Under the pieces are notes generated by a model, which did no database searches, had not been told where the DNA came from, and saw nothing but the letters and a program-made list of their open reading frames with translations. A DNA stretch of 64,000 bases from Macrostomum lignano (taxonomy: Eukaryota). The stretch lies in NCBI GenBank assembly GCA_002269645.1, contig NIVC01000246.1, positions 1 through 64,000 on the forward strand. The letters run 5' to 3'. Below, piece by piece: positions 1-13,113 of the stretch; the first letter of the stretch is position 1; the number at the start of each line of letters is the position of its first letter. Position numbers and translations under genes: made by a program.

Positions 1-587
1 GCAATGTAGTCCAGGCCGTCCGAGCAGTTAAAAACAACACACTGTACAGCCAGAGCCTTCGCCAAATCCTTTGTTGTTTCCGTCTTGCCCGTACCGGCTG
101 GACCCTCGGGAGCGCCATTCAAATTGAGGTGGTACGCGCCGATCAGAGTGCGATAGCACCGTCCGTAAAGCGGTGATGACAAGACGCGCGAGTTGCCCAG
201 GTACTCGTAGGCGTACCGAACTTTGGCGTTGGTTAGGCGGATGAACACGTTCTCGTCCTCCCAGTAGTAGCGCATCTGCGCCAGCCAATTGAAGTCGTTT
301 TCATCGGACACGCCCTTCTTCACCATGTCTTCCACCAGTCCCGGGAGTGCACATCGATAACGACCAGCGCACCCAGAGTGATGCGCTGCTGCGCGTTCAG
401 CTTGCCACGAACCAGCACAACGATGTCAGATAGCTGGTCGGACAGCTTCTTGTAGTATCCTTAAGACCCTGGACACCGCGCTTAGCGAGTCGTGCCCTCG
501 GCTGTCCAGTAGATCTGGGAGACACACAGGACTACCTGTCTCAGGCCAGTCACAGACCCACTTCTTTCGGGCCTCAATAGCATAGGC
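1..587 (-). CDS. DNAH12: Dynein heavy chain exon: end of linker and start of AAA1, Walker A GPAGTGKT at 81-104
   Basis: Acceptor tttatag at 588-594; encodes [55 protein letters not shown] and [16 protein letters not shown] (frames switch at small deletions). Confidence 0.92.
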
Positions 588-3500
588 CTATAAAGAGAAA
601 ACGGTTGAGGTACCTTGCAGTTAATGAAGATTGATTAATCAGCGCACACAAAAACATTTTATGTTTGCATGCGAAGGGAAGGAGATATGTGATTTTCAAT
701 ACTGTTATTGATTGAGTCATTTAACCGACAAAATTATTATACGAGTAGAATTTCGTGATTAAAAACAAAAAATAGACAGTGACTTGACAATTGATACACT
801 GGGAAACATTTTGGCGTCTCGGGATGGCACTGGTCAAACATTCAATTTCAAACTTCAGTTCACCAACAACTGAACAAAAACAAGCACGACAAATTGAGAA
901 ATTACATGCGTCGTGTCCGCTGACAAGAGCGACGGATATTTCTGAAACGTTGGCATTCAGTGCGACAATAACTGCATCTCATCGTATTGTATATAAAAGT
1001 ACCGATCGAACTGTACATTGTGACAGCCTAATAGTTTACCATGCTTAGTGACATATATCGGACGCAACGAATTAAATTTACTCGTACTAGCAAATATGAC
1101 CAGAGAAAATGCTTAAGCTATTGATGCTATTGTGTGCCCAATAAAATTAAATAAACAATTTTAAAGCTTAGAAACGTATCAGCTCATCGGCGGGACTAGA
1201 CGCAAACATGATGTTGTTGATTCGTTTGTCACACAAGTCCTAAAAAGATTTTACGATGGTTGAGTTGTTGCCGCTCTGACGGAATCTATTATACGAGAAA
1301 TGATCAAACGCTACGAATGGAACGGAGATTTGCTCAATTTTTTGTTTAAATAAACTCTAAAAATGGATTAGCTGAGGGAGAGAGAAACAGGACTTACGTC
1401 GTAGGACGCAGCGATAACATCGCGCATGGACATCAACATGACGTCCTGCACCTGAAGGAGCCACTTTTCAACCGCTCCTCGCGCCTCAGACGTGCTGATG
1501 GTCTGGCTAAACTTGATCTTCTCTCCTTCGCTCGAATACATCCCGTGAATGTCCAGCGCACTATCGAACTCCAACTTCGCGATGCCCTCAAAGCACTTCT
1601 TAAGATGCGGCTGGACGCGCAGCGGGTCCTTTGTCTCGGACAGAATCTCCAGCATCTCATCGTTCGACAGGAAGAAAAATCGAGGGAAGAAAAGACGCTT
1701 CTTTTCCAGGTAGGAGTTCAGACCCTTCTGAATCTTGTCCAGCAGATCGTTGGAGTCTTTCAGTTTCTCCAGGAGGCCGGCATGTCGGTGGCCTTCAGCA
1801 GCTTGGGTCCTTGGCAGTGTTCTTCATGATGTCGCGCCAGTTGCGATCCACAGTTTGGAACAGGCGGCCCTGTTCCGGCATCTGCTGCATGATGTCTCAG
1901 AGCTGAAGATCGGCTCTAGGTACAGCCAGTTCGCCTGCACCTTCAGCCACTCGTCGATGTCTCCTGAATGCGCAGCAGCGCTCTTCCCACTCTCGGATTT
2001 CCTTTTCAAATGGCCGGATGAACGGCGAGCCACGCATCGTCTGCGTGCGCATGATCTGGTCGTCGAGCTGGGTTTGAATATCGTCAACACTGGACAGAAT
2101 GTTGATGCCGGTCTCGCGGTAGGGGATCAGGGAGAAGCTGATTGCTCCCAGTCTCGATCATCTTCTTCATGCCTGAAATGCCGGTATGTGGAATGCGTGT
2201 AATAACACGAACTAGAAATTTGATAGAAGCCAAATCTGAACTCACCCTTCTCAAGGCTGCTCTTTTGTAGCGGCAGGATATCTGGACCGAACTCCTCCAT
2301 GAAGGCGTCCAGCTTGAGCCCGAGCACCTTGATTAAAGTTGTTCCAGAATCCGGGGTGATGTCGAATCCGCAGATGCTGGACATTTTTCCCAGTGACGCT
2401 GCGGATGCCCGGGTTGCACAGAATTTCGATGACGTTGATCTTCTCCTGAACTCGCGGATTCTCCGTTAGAGTGTTGCAAATGTCCAGTGCAGCGGGCGGC
2501 TTAACTTCCTCTTCATCATCTTTTTCCTCCTCGCCACCCTCACCTTGAGTGTCTTCCTCCAGCTTCTTTCTCTTCTTCTTCTCGCGCTCCCGCTCTTCCT
2601 TTTCGGCCTGCATCTTCTTCAGCCGGTTGTTGAACACCTTGGAGACGCGGAAAATTTCGCGGCTAATTTCATCCACCTCTTCGGCAATGCGCTCGGCATC
2701 CAGGGCGAGGAATTCACCTTTCAGCCACCTGAAGAGAGAGATAAAACATTACGCTAAAGTATTTCCATGGTTCGATAAACACTATTTCATGCACTTACTG
2801 GTTCTCCTTATTCAAGTATCGGAATGTGTTCTTAAAGATGCTAAGGAACGGCTGCATCAGGTTAGTCAAGTCGTCGATATCTGGGAATGGGTCACCGGGT
2901 ACTTGTACAACTGCTCCTTGTTGATCCACTCGGAGTCGGCCCGAGCGGTGTCCAGGCGCTGCTGAACTTTGTTGACGTCCTGCACGTACTGGCTCATGAT
3001 CTCGAGATCCATCTCGCCGTAGTCGTTGAATTCATCCACTCGGTTGCGGATGCGCTGCAACTCGGCAATTAGCTTCTCCTTGCGCTCAATCAGAAGCTTC
3101 TCACTTGAGTCTTGGACTCCTCTTGCAGCTGGAAGAGTTATTTGATTGAAGCAAAGTAACTCAATGCGTACTTTAATTTATCATATTCAGCAGCTACTTA
3201 CCGTCTCGTTTTCATCGAAGATTGGCGAGATCCTCTTCGGCCAAGTCAGGACTTCACTGTTCAGCTGGAGATCGTCGTCGTTGAAGATCCAGACGTCCAG
3301 CAAGTACTGCAGGCGGTTTTGTGATTCCTTGATCTTCTCATTCAGCGTCACCATGCCAGTGCTACGAGCTTGCTCCATAAATTTAATCATCTCCATGAGC
3401 TCCTCGCTGGTCTCCGGTTTCTTCTGAGCTCTGGCCTTGACGTAGTCGAACTGCTGGCAGATTTTTGTGTTCTCAGCACGGTGGTCACGCACCACCCGCT

Positions 3501-5733
3501 CCAGCAGGCGGTCGCGTAGCCCTGAGCCACTTCGGCGAGGCCGTTCTTCAGCTCCTCGACGTTCAGCCGGATGAGATCGTAGAACTCTATGGTTGGATTA
3601 CGCCGAATGGCGTACGAGATGGCGCGATACTCTTCGATCAGCTCGCAGTACTCGGCGAACGTGTGTTCCTCGTTAGGAACTTCTCTACTCGAGAGTTGGC
3701 CGTACCGTCGACCAGGTAATCGTACCGCTCGTGGTACGACCTGAGGCTGTTCTCTACGCTTTCAAAGTAGCGCGCAGCAGCGGATTTTAGTTTGGCTTTG
3801 GCCAACTGCACGATGTGCTCCGCCAGCTCCGTCGGGACGTTCACATTCGGCGTGGCTGACAGCTGCGAGCTCACTGTGGGAATCGAGCTTAGGCTCTTGT
3901 TCACCTCATCTACAACCGAGAGTAGGAGGTCCTCGTACACCGCGTACTCTGGATCGACGCTCATTTGGCGATCTTGGAAGGACAGGAACATGTTGAGCTG
4001 CGGCAGCCTGAAGCGCTGCTCCTCATCAAAGAGGAGAACCCACGCATTGACGGTTTCCTCTTTGAGCAGCTTGAGCTGGTTTGACATGAGAGTGGTTACG
4101 CAGCTGTAGAACGGCTCCTGAAGGTCCACACGAAGCACTGAAGTTGTGCGTTCAGAGAAGATCTTCATCACCTCCCGGTACCAGTGGCCGAGTAATCGCT
4201 CTTCCATCTTTTCGCATTCGTAGGTAACATTTGTGCGCAATGTCTCAAACTCCATGGGGCTTTCGGCCTTGTACTCAGCCAAGTCCAGAATTATCTGCTG
4301 GCCGAGCTCACGCTGGCACAGCTCCAGCAGCTTTGGCATTTGTGGATACAGAATCATCAGCCGGTAAGAAATTTCTCGCTTATTCGCTACGAAACTCTCG
4401 TGCCACTCCTTTGAGAAATCGAGTCCTCTGAAAATTTTATTGAGTTCGAAATCGCTTACTTAAATTTTAGGCTTCTAGGCTAGGCTTACTTAAATTCTCT
4501 CAGTGATCAGTTAAATTAAAGTTGATGACCTACACTGGTTCCTCTGACGGTTCCACTAGATCATCGTCCTCCAGGCCAGGGACATCAGGCTTCTTCAGAG
4601 ACAGTTGAACTAAAATCGATGTTTCAGCTCGTAAAATTAGATAATCTGCATTGAAAGCAACCCCTTTCAAGCGGGTTTTAGTTTAAAAATTTTGAATTAC
4701 TCACCAAGAGATTTCTTCATGCTTGTGTCAAAGTTCTGATTTACTTCAGCCAGCACTTCGTTCAGAAAATCGTCCTTGCCTTCGCGAAGATGTTCGGCAA
4801 TCTTGTGCTTTATGTTGACCAGCCATTCCGGCGACATGGGCGGAATCGGGCTGCTTTCAACGCACTTTCGTAGGAATTCGTAGTTTAATCGCACTTTTCT
4901 GTCATCGCTCATCATCTGAAAAGTAGTTTTTTGCCTAGCTAAAGTTCTATAAGCAAGACAAGTATTTGCAGAGATTGAAAATCATCTCAAGCCAAAATAA
5001 AACACAGTGGAAAGGCGCACCTCCTGTGGATACTCCGGCGGAGTTGGTTTCGACAGATCTTTGTTGTCATACTTCATTTCGTGCTGTGTTTTCAGCGCCC
5101 TCTCGATTCTAATTAAAAATGAGATTAGAGTTAAAATATAATTTTTCAGATATGAAATTTAGATACCCCAAAATGTTTGAGTATAAATTTTTGATACTTA
5201 ACAATAAATTACTGCAAATTGCGTTCAGAGAAAGAATGTTGCAGTATGTACAAAATATACCCTGTTAATATAGAGTAAATTCACAGTTTTAGAATCTAAT
5301 ATTTTTGGTGAAATCCAACGTACCATTATTAAGGCCACATCCAATGTTTTAGGTTGCAAGTAAAATACAACTTATAACCAATTAAGCATATATATAGATG
5401 TCTAAGTTTCTAAATACATATATGTAAATTTGATAGTTAGATAAATAGTGCAAAATTGAAATGCAGATCAACGATCTAAACAGAAAAGGATCAAAGTATC
5501 GATTAAACACTAAAATTTATCAACTGGGGCAGCAAAAGTCAAGCTTTAACCACCAAATAATGTCACTTACAAGAACTGTTGCAACTGATCTCTTTTCTTG
5601 TCGGCCAGGCGGTAGTTATGCAAATTAAGAGCGGCGAATTCACCCTCTTCAACTCCGGATTTGCTTTTCACATCATGCTTTCCATTAGATCGTTTCTCCC
5701 CCGCGATTGGGGGAGTTTTTCGTTGCTGCTCAT
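1..5733 (-). CDS. DNAH12: Axonemal inner-arm dynein heavy chain, DNAH12-like (DNAH3/7/12 group); 5' portion, gene runs off the left edge of the window. Exons: 5571-5733, 5021-5108, 4705-4915, 4534-4609, 3202-4427, 2799-3128, 2246-2728, 1398-2172, 1-587
   Basis: Hand translation across GT-AG junctions with consistent phases gives the tail ([28 protein letters not shown]), the DHC_N2 linker ([52 protein letters not shown]) and the AAA1 Walker [48 protein letters not shown] best fits DNAH12 as I recall the paralogs; paralog assignment is less certain than family. More than 15 small deletions break the frame. Confidence 0.9.
1398..2172 (-). CDS. DNAH12: Dynein heavy chain exon (DHC_N2 linker region)
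   Basis: Acceptor catttcag, donor gtaagt at 1397. ORF-track pieces 1368..1655 and 1824..2090 are segments of this exon separated by frameshifts. Confidence 0.9.
2246..3128 (-). CDS. DNAH12: Dynein heavy chain exons 2799-3128 and 2246-2728
   Basis: [64 protein letters not shown]; 70-nt GT-AG intron 2729-2798. Confidence 0.85.
3202..5733 (-). CDS. DNAH12: Dynein heavy chain N-terminal exons (3202-4427, 4534-4609, 4705-4915, 5021-5108, 5571-5733)
   Basis: All junctions are GT-AG with matching phases. The probable ATG at 5733 reads [15 protein letters not shown] if one C is restored in the homopolymer near 5710. Confidence 0.8.
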
Positions 5734-6264
5734 GGCACCATATACAAAAATCCAAGAAAAAAGACTGTAATGTAAATTCTTACAGTTCTAAATGTTACTA
5801 AAATCTCACAAAAAATTGAAATTAAATTTACTTCGTGCTCGCTAGCTACGACTAAGTTATAACAAATTTTTGACATTTGTTCTTAGTTTATCGTGTTATG
5901 TATAACTTTTCGCGCAAAAAAATATTTATAATTTTTTTAAAACAAAATAATAAACCTCAAAATTTTCGTTTGTTTATGAATTTATAACGCACAACCACGC
6001 CGCTGCGTTGTCGAATAACATTCAAAGCATGTGAGTCAGTTTGAACTAAATTTACAAAAATTTTCACTGCGATCCTGTGGTAATAAACCTATTTGTCCTG
6101 CTAGGTTGATATAGTCATTTTTAGAATAGAAAATCTTCTGTTGTCCGGAGTTAATTGCTGTGTTTTTGTTCTTGGTCTTGACTTGATATATAGGGCCTGG
6201 GCAAAATAAGTATCCTAATCCTAGGAGTAAGGACCTAGTCATTCCTATTATTTATAAAATAATT

Positions 6265-6503
6265 ATGACTAAACTATCGCCTAGTCCTTTCAACACTATG
6301 AGCTCGCCTTGGATGAAATCTACTACCTATTATGTTAATCCAACATCATCCGTTCCAGTTCCAGCTATTTATCCAACAGCAACGTGGAATAATAAAGTAA
6401 ACTCTTTTGTTCTAGAAAACAAACAAACACTACTAAAAAGTGCAGTGATTTTATGTGTTCTTACAGCCCTTGTGCTGTTGTTCTTTGTTGCCAAGTCTGT
6501 CAT
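6265..6503 (+). CDS. FAM174: FAM174-family (DUF1180-type) type I membrane protein: S/T/P-rich ectodomain and TM exon; 5' boundary and signal-peptide exon unresolved
   Basis: ..ENKQTLLKSAVILCVLTALVLLFFVAKSV ends at donor AT|gtaagt (6504) and splices in phase to 16415, giving FFVAKSVMLQRRASKSRRYG, which parallels FAM174 [20 protein letters not shown]. Confidence 0.65.
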
Positions 6504-7243
6504 GTAAGTTGTAAAATATTGTTCTTATACATTGGCAACATTGATTGATTTTTAGTTTTGGAGTACTTAGGCTATTCATTTTAGAAATGGCAACTATGTC
6601 TATAAGGTTCAAGCTTATAGGCACATCTGCCAGTGCCATGTATGTTGTAAGCACATATGGTACAATTGCTTTAATTTTTGGCAATAAAGAGACTGCCACT
6701 GTTTCCAATGTTGAATGGATTGTATAGGCCTAGGCCTAATAGGGACATAGCCACCCTCTAGGCCTTTGTTTTTCATAGTCAGGAAGGTGCCCTTTTTGCT
6801 TGAAAATTCCAGTGTGCATTAGCCCTTCATAGTTCATTTGGTATGCATGTTTGGCATGCTTAAATCTTAAAAAAAATTATTTGGCATATTTTATACAAAG
6901 CAAACCACTTTTTTTAGCATATAAAAAGTGGTATACAAAGCTATTTGAAAATAAGTGCAAGTTTCTATAACAAAGATAAAACATTTCAAAGAAAAAGGTT
7001 GCAGTTAAGAGATGACGGATGATGGGAGTGCAAATAAAAAAAAGAATAAATATTAATTGGATATAAAAATATAATGATTTAAAGAATTTAAGTATCAGAA
7101 CTTTGCACAAGTATGTAACTACAAATTATTTATAAAGGAAAAATAGACACAACACTTATTTTGTTATATATAAATATCAAATGTAACAATAGAAAAAAGG
7201 TCTATTATTATTGCAGCACAAAAGTAAAGTTGCATAATTTTAA

Positions 7244-7930
7244 GGCAGTGCTTATCCCCACGGTACCGTAGGAATAATTTCTGTCTTATTCCAACGGTAC
7301 CGTGCGAATAATTTTCTGCTTATCCGCACGGCACACTGAGGAGATAGCTGCCCTATCTTCTACATATGCCGTGCGAATAATTTTCTGCTTATCCGCACGG
7401 CACATTGACGAGATAGCTGCCCTATCTTCTACATATGCCGTGTTGTGGGAAGTTTAGTACATACGATTTGAGTGCAGTATAACAACATAACTTGGCTTGA
7501 ACATTTGTTCTAAAGAAATAAAGATTTTTTCTATGAGAAAGAATTTTTTTGTGTAGTAACAAATGATTTAAATTAAATTAACTCTAAGAATTGTTTATTA
7601 TTTAAATTTTTAGCAAAGTCTAATCTGATCTCGCCGTGATTTATATAGTCCATTGCCGCTTCCGTAGAATTTTACTACTCATTTGAATTCGCATGATTCA
7701 TATTCATATTGTGGACAAGCAGAAAATTATTCGCACGGCATATGTAGAAGATGGCCAGCTATCTCGTCAGTGTGCCGTGCGGATAAGCAGAAAATTATTC
7801 GCACGGCATATGTAGAAGATAGGGCAGCTATCTCCTCAGTGTGCCGTGCGGATAAGCAGAAAATTAATCGCATGGTACCGTTGGAATAAGACAGAAATTA
7901 TTCCTATGGTACCGTGGGATAAGCAGTGCC
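7244..7930. mobile_element. Non-autonomous Mutator-like (MULE) foldback element / MITE
   Basis: Terminal inverted repeats of about 200 bp (7244-7443 and ~7715-7930) starting GGCA(G/C)TGCTTATCCC; exact 9-bp target-site duplication TAATTTTAA at 7235-7243 and 7931-7939. Long TIRs with a 9-bp TSD are the Mutator hallmark. Confidence 0.85.
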
Positions 7931-8384
7931 TAATTTTAAACTTTTGTTATAAATAATAGGCCTAGTCAATTCCAATTTTTAGCATATTTGGCATACATAG
8001 AGACTTCTTCCCACATTTAATTCTAGTATACACATGCCACCTTCCTGACTATGGTATGTCTTTAAGTATAAATTCATTAATGATATAGCTACTAATACTA
8101 TATAGACTTCATTAACATGGCTGCTATTTCTACTGAGAGACATTCTAGATATTGTTTAAGATATGGCCACCATGTCTATAAAGCTCTAATATTATAGGCA
8201 AAGGCACAATGGTCTAGCCATGTCTATATTGTAGCATGGACTTAATTATTATTAGAGGAATGATCATTGTTTATATGTATTTTTTTATTATAAACATAGC
8301 CAACATGTCTTTAAATATGGCATTTTAGTTTTATAGGCTTAGCCTTTTATATAGATTATTCTTTTATATAAAGCTTTAGTTCTA

Positions 8385-9170
8385 GGCTCATTCCATATAA
8401 GATGGACATTTTTGGAAAATAGAAAAAAGTCAATATTTTTGCTTGCCATTGCCTTATCAGCCAATTTTTTTACCAAATGTTTTTTATGTGTAATATCTAC
8501 AATCTAAGAATAAATGAATGATAAAATGTTAGATTAGTATGTTATCAAGTGGCAAAAAGTCATTTTTGTAAAAATTTAGACATTTTTCTAAGCAAAAGAC
8601 ATCATTAAGTTTGTGTACCTTTTAAAAACAAATAGAAAGCTTTGGAAGGTTGAAACAAACTATAGATAAAAGTATAGTACTTGCATCATCAGATAAAAGT
8701 ATTGGTGACCAAATAATCTATTATATTTTTAATATATTGGTACCTCAAAGTTACTGAATTGACAGAAAAAATATGTTACGACCATAATGTTACAACCATA
8801 AGGCTGCCTTTTCTTTTGTATCTTTGTTGCCTTTTTGAGTTTATATATTCTACAAAAAGAGTATGATTTCTAAAGATGTTCTGAGTCAAATTTTAAAAAA
8901 TGTACAGCAAAATATCAAAAATAAAAATGTTATAAGACTTTTACCTTTTAGTTTCTATATGTCAAAAATCCTGTTGTTACGACCATAAGTGCCATTCAAG
9001 GTTTAATAGCATCTATACTAATGATGATATCTACATGAAACTCTATAAAAATATTTTTGACAAAATTATCTTTCATTTAAAATATTGGTTTAGTATATTC
9101 TATTATTATATTTCATTTTATAAGTAAAAATAGCCTGTCATGTTACGACCATGCTTATATGGAATGAGCC
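8385..9170. mobile_element. Non-autonomous DNA transposon, superfamily unassigned
   Basis: Perfect 17-bp TIR GGCTCATTCCATATAAG (8385-8401; inverted copy 9154-9170), flanked by a 4-bp direct repeat TCTA; internal repeated motif TGTTACGACCAT near 8775, 8975 and 9141. Confidence 0.65.
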
Positions 9171-9855
9171 TCTAGTAATAAATGTAATTCTATTTCAAGA
9201 CAATAATGAATAAGCTTTAATATTAATATATTTTTACTTTTTATAGCTTAGCCCATGCCTAGATTTCCTATATACTAAAAATGAGTTGTCTGTGGGTATG
9301 TGGGTATGCGATAGATTTCAGAAAAATAAACTCAACCGATTTTCTTCAAACTTGCACCATTCGATCAAAAATTTTCCTGGGACGGTACATGCATCTTGGC
9401 TAAGAAATTGCTCAATGTTAAAGGGATTAAATATTCGAAAAACATGCTTTTTTGCAAAGGTCAAGCAGCTCTTTCGACCTGAAATGCATTGTAAGAATGC
9501 TAGAGAAAAAACTGACTGACTGAATTCCGATTGTGATAAAGATTGCATCACAACAAGTTGAAAACAGTGCTGAAGAAATGCACACACAACTTGATTTAAA
9601 TTGCGTAACCATATTGCTAACTTAAATTGAGACTGATACTGGCTGACTGAGAAATTGATTATGTCATAACTTTTTACTCCAATTGACTTGCTGTAAGAAT
9701 TGAATTATAAGGGCCACAATTCATGTTCTCCAATTGAAAAGAGATAGCCCTGATGCGAACAGACTGGAATGCTAATGTAGCGACCTGGGTTCGAATCTTA
9801 GTAGTGCAAAAAGATTTTTTTTATTAAAACACTTTAAAAACACAACAAAACTGCT

Positions 9856-12775
9856 AAACATCAAAGAAGCGCAATGTCAAACATAGAAGAGCCAACATAT
9901 CGAACATAAGAGTTACCATGTCAAACATAAAAGAGCTACCATGTCGAACATTAAAGAGCCACCATGTCAAACATTTCGGAGCCACCATGTCAAACATTAA
10001 GAGCCACCATGTCAAACATTTAGGAGCCACAATGTCAAACATATATGTGACTTTATGTCAAATATTAAAGAGCCACCATGTGGAACATTAAAGAGCCACT
10101 ATATCAAACATTTAAGAGCCACCATGTCAAACCTAAAAAGAGCCACCATGTCGAACATAAAAGAGCCACCATTTCAAACATTGAAGAGCCACCATTTCAA
10201 ACATTGAAGAGCCACCATTTCAAACATTAAAGAGCCACCATGTCAAACAATTAAAAGCCAGCATGTCAAACATAAAAGAGCCACTTTGTCGAACACTAAA
10301 GAGCCACCATGTCAAACATAAAAGAGACAACATGTCAGACATTAAAAAGCCACCGTATCAAACATAAAAGAGTTACCATGTAGAACATTAAAGAGCCACC
10401 ATGTTGAACATTAAAGAGCCACCATTTCAAGCATTTAGAGCCACCATGTCAAAGATTTAAGAGCCACCATGTCAAACATTTAAGAGCCACCATGTCAAAC
10501 ATAAAAGAGCCACCATTTCAAACATTGAAGAGCCACCATTTCGAACATTGAAGAGCCACCATTTCGAACATTAAAGAGCCACCATGTCAAACATATATGT
10601 GACTTTATGTCAAACATTAAAGAGCCACCACGTCGAACATTAAACAGCCACCATGTCAAACATAAAAGAGCCACCATGTAAAACATTAAAGAGCCACCAT
10701 GTCAAACATTTAAGAGCCACCATGTCAAACATAATAGAGCCAAAATTTCGAACATTAAAGAGCCACCATTTCGAACATTTAAGAGCCACCATTTTGAACA
10801 TTAAAGAGCCACCATTTCGAACATTTAAGAGCCACCATTTTGAACATTAAAGAGCCACCATGTCAAACATTAAAGAGCCACCATGTCAAACATAAAGAGC
10901 CACCATGTCAAAAATTTAGGAGCCACCATGTCAAACATATATGTGACTTTATGTCAAACATTAAAGAGCCACCATTTCGAACATTAAAGAGCCACCATGT
11001 CAAACAATTAAAAGCCAGCATGTCAAACATAAAAGAGCCACTTTGTCGAACACTAAAGAGCCACCATGTCAAACATAAAAGAGACAACATGTCAGACATT
11101 AAAAAGCCACCGTATCAAACATAAAAGAGTTACCATGTAAAACATTAAAGAGCCACCATGTCGAACATTAAAGAGCCACCATTTCAAACATTTAGAGCCA
11201 CCATGTCAAAGATTTAAGAGCCACCATGTCAAACATTTAAGAGCCACCATGTCAAACATAAAAGAGCCACCATTTCAAACATTGAAGAGCCACCATTTCA
11301 AACATTGAAGAGCCACCATTTCGAACATTAAAGAGCCACCATGTCAAACATATATGTGACTTTATGTCAAACATTAAAGAGCCACCACGTCGAACATTAA
11401 ACAGCCACCATGTCAAACATAAAAGAGCCACCATGTAAAACATTAAAGAGCCACCATGTCAAACATATATGTGACTTTATGTCAAACATAAAAGAGCCAC
11501 CATGTCAAGCATAAAAAAGCCACCATGTCAAGCAGAAAAGAGCCACCATGTAAAACATTGAAGAGCCACCATGTCGAACATTAAAGAGCCACCATGTCCA
11601 ACATATATGTGACTCCATGTCAGACATTAAAGAGCCATCAAGTCAAACACTAAAGAGCCATCATTGCAGACAGTAAAGTGCCACCAGGTCAACATTAAAG
11701 AGCCACCATGTCAAAAATTAAAGAGCCACCATGTCTAACATTAAAGAGCCACCATGTCAAAAATTAAAGAGCCACCATGTCGAACATTAAAGAGCCACCA
11801 TGTCTAACATTAAAGAGCCACCATGTCTAACATTAAAGAGCCACCATATCAAAAATTAAAGAGGCACCATGTCGAACATTAAAGAGCCACCATTTCAAAC
11901 ATTAAAGAGCCATCATTACAATAAGGTGCCACCAGGTCAAACATTAAAGAGCCACCATGTCTAACATTATAGAGCCACCATGTCGAACATTAACTAGTCA
12001 TCATGTCAAGTATATTCGTGACTCCATGTCAAACATTAAAGAGCTACCATGAAGAACATTAAAGAGCCATCATGTCAAACATAGAAGAGCCACCATGTCA
12101 AACATTAAAGAGCCACCATGTCTAACATTAAAGAGCCACCATGTCTTACATTAAAGAGCCACCATGTCTAATATTAAAGAGCCACCATGTCGAACATTAA
12201 AGAACCACCATGTCTAACATTATAGAGTCACCATGTCGAACATTAAAGAGCCACCATGTCGAACATTAAAGAACCACCATGTCTAACATTATAAAGTCAC
12301 CATGTCGAACATTAAAGAGCCACCATTTCAAACATTAAAGAGCCACCATGTCAAACATTAAAGAGCCACCATGTCTAACATTATAGAGCCACCATGTCAA
12401 ACATTAAAGAGCCACCATGTCGAATATAAAAGAACCACCATGTCGAACATTAAAGAGCCACCATATCTAACATTAAAGAGCCACCATGTCAAACATAAAA
12501 GAGCCACCATGTCAAACATAAAAGAGCCACCATGTCAAACATATATGTGACTCCATGTCAAACAGTATAGAGCCACCATGTCAAACATTAAAGAGCCACC
12601 ATGTCAAACATTAAAGAGCCGCAATGTCAAACATAAAAGAGCCACCATGTCAAACATTAAAGAGCCACAATGTCAAACATGAAAGAGCCACTATGTCAAA
12701 CAATAAAGAGACACCATGTCAGACATTAAAAAACCCCGAATCAAACATTAAAGAGCCACCATGTCAAACATAAAA
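9856..12775 (+). repeat. 23-bp minisatellite, consensus AAAGAGCCACCATGTCAAACATT, about 125 units, with a 757-bp higher-order duplication
   Basis: Periodicity read directly. Identical variant blocks lie 757 bp apart (ORF-track items 10495..10686 and 11252..11443 are identical). Confidence 0.95.
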
Positions 12776-12888
12776 TTTACACAATTTCAAACGTAAAAGT
12801 AAGCGTCATGCCAATTTTAAAGGAGCCACTATAAAGCTAAGGAAATTGTAGCACTAGCTACTTATTGTATGGTGGATGCTTACTATTT

Positions 12889-13113
12889 GGGGATGCTTGC
12901 TATCTGGGGGATGCTTGCTATCTGGGGGATGCTTGCTATCTGGGGGATGCTTGCTATCTGGGGGATGCTTGCTATCTGGGGGATGCTTGCTATCTGGGGG
13001 ATGCTTGCTATCCGGGAGGGGGAATGCTTGCTATCTGGGGGATGCTTGCTATCTGGGGGATGCTTGCAATCTGGGGGATGCTTGCTATCTGGGGGATGCT
13101 TGCTGTCTTGGGA
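12889..13113 (+). repeat. 18-bp minisatellite GGGGGATGCTTGCTATCT, about 12 units
   Basis: Direct reading; translates as repeating GDACYL in the ORF track. Confidence 0.95.

Noticed and set aside
6774-8053. 16-bp inverted repeat CATAGTCAGGAAGGTG (6774-6789 / 8038-8053) as an outer transposon around the MULE
   Set aside because: No target-site duplication could be found; possibly a decayed element but unsupported.
9745-9810. tRNA gene suggested by GGGTTCGAATC (B box)
   Set aside because: No credible A box or cloverleaf; at most a decayed tRNA/SINE fragment.
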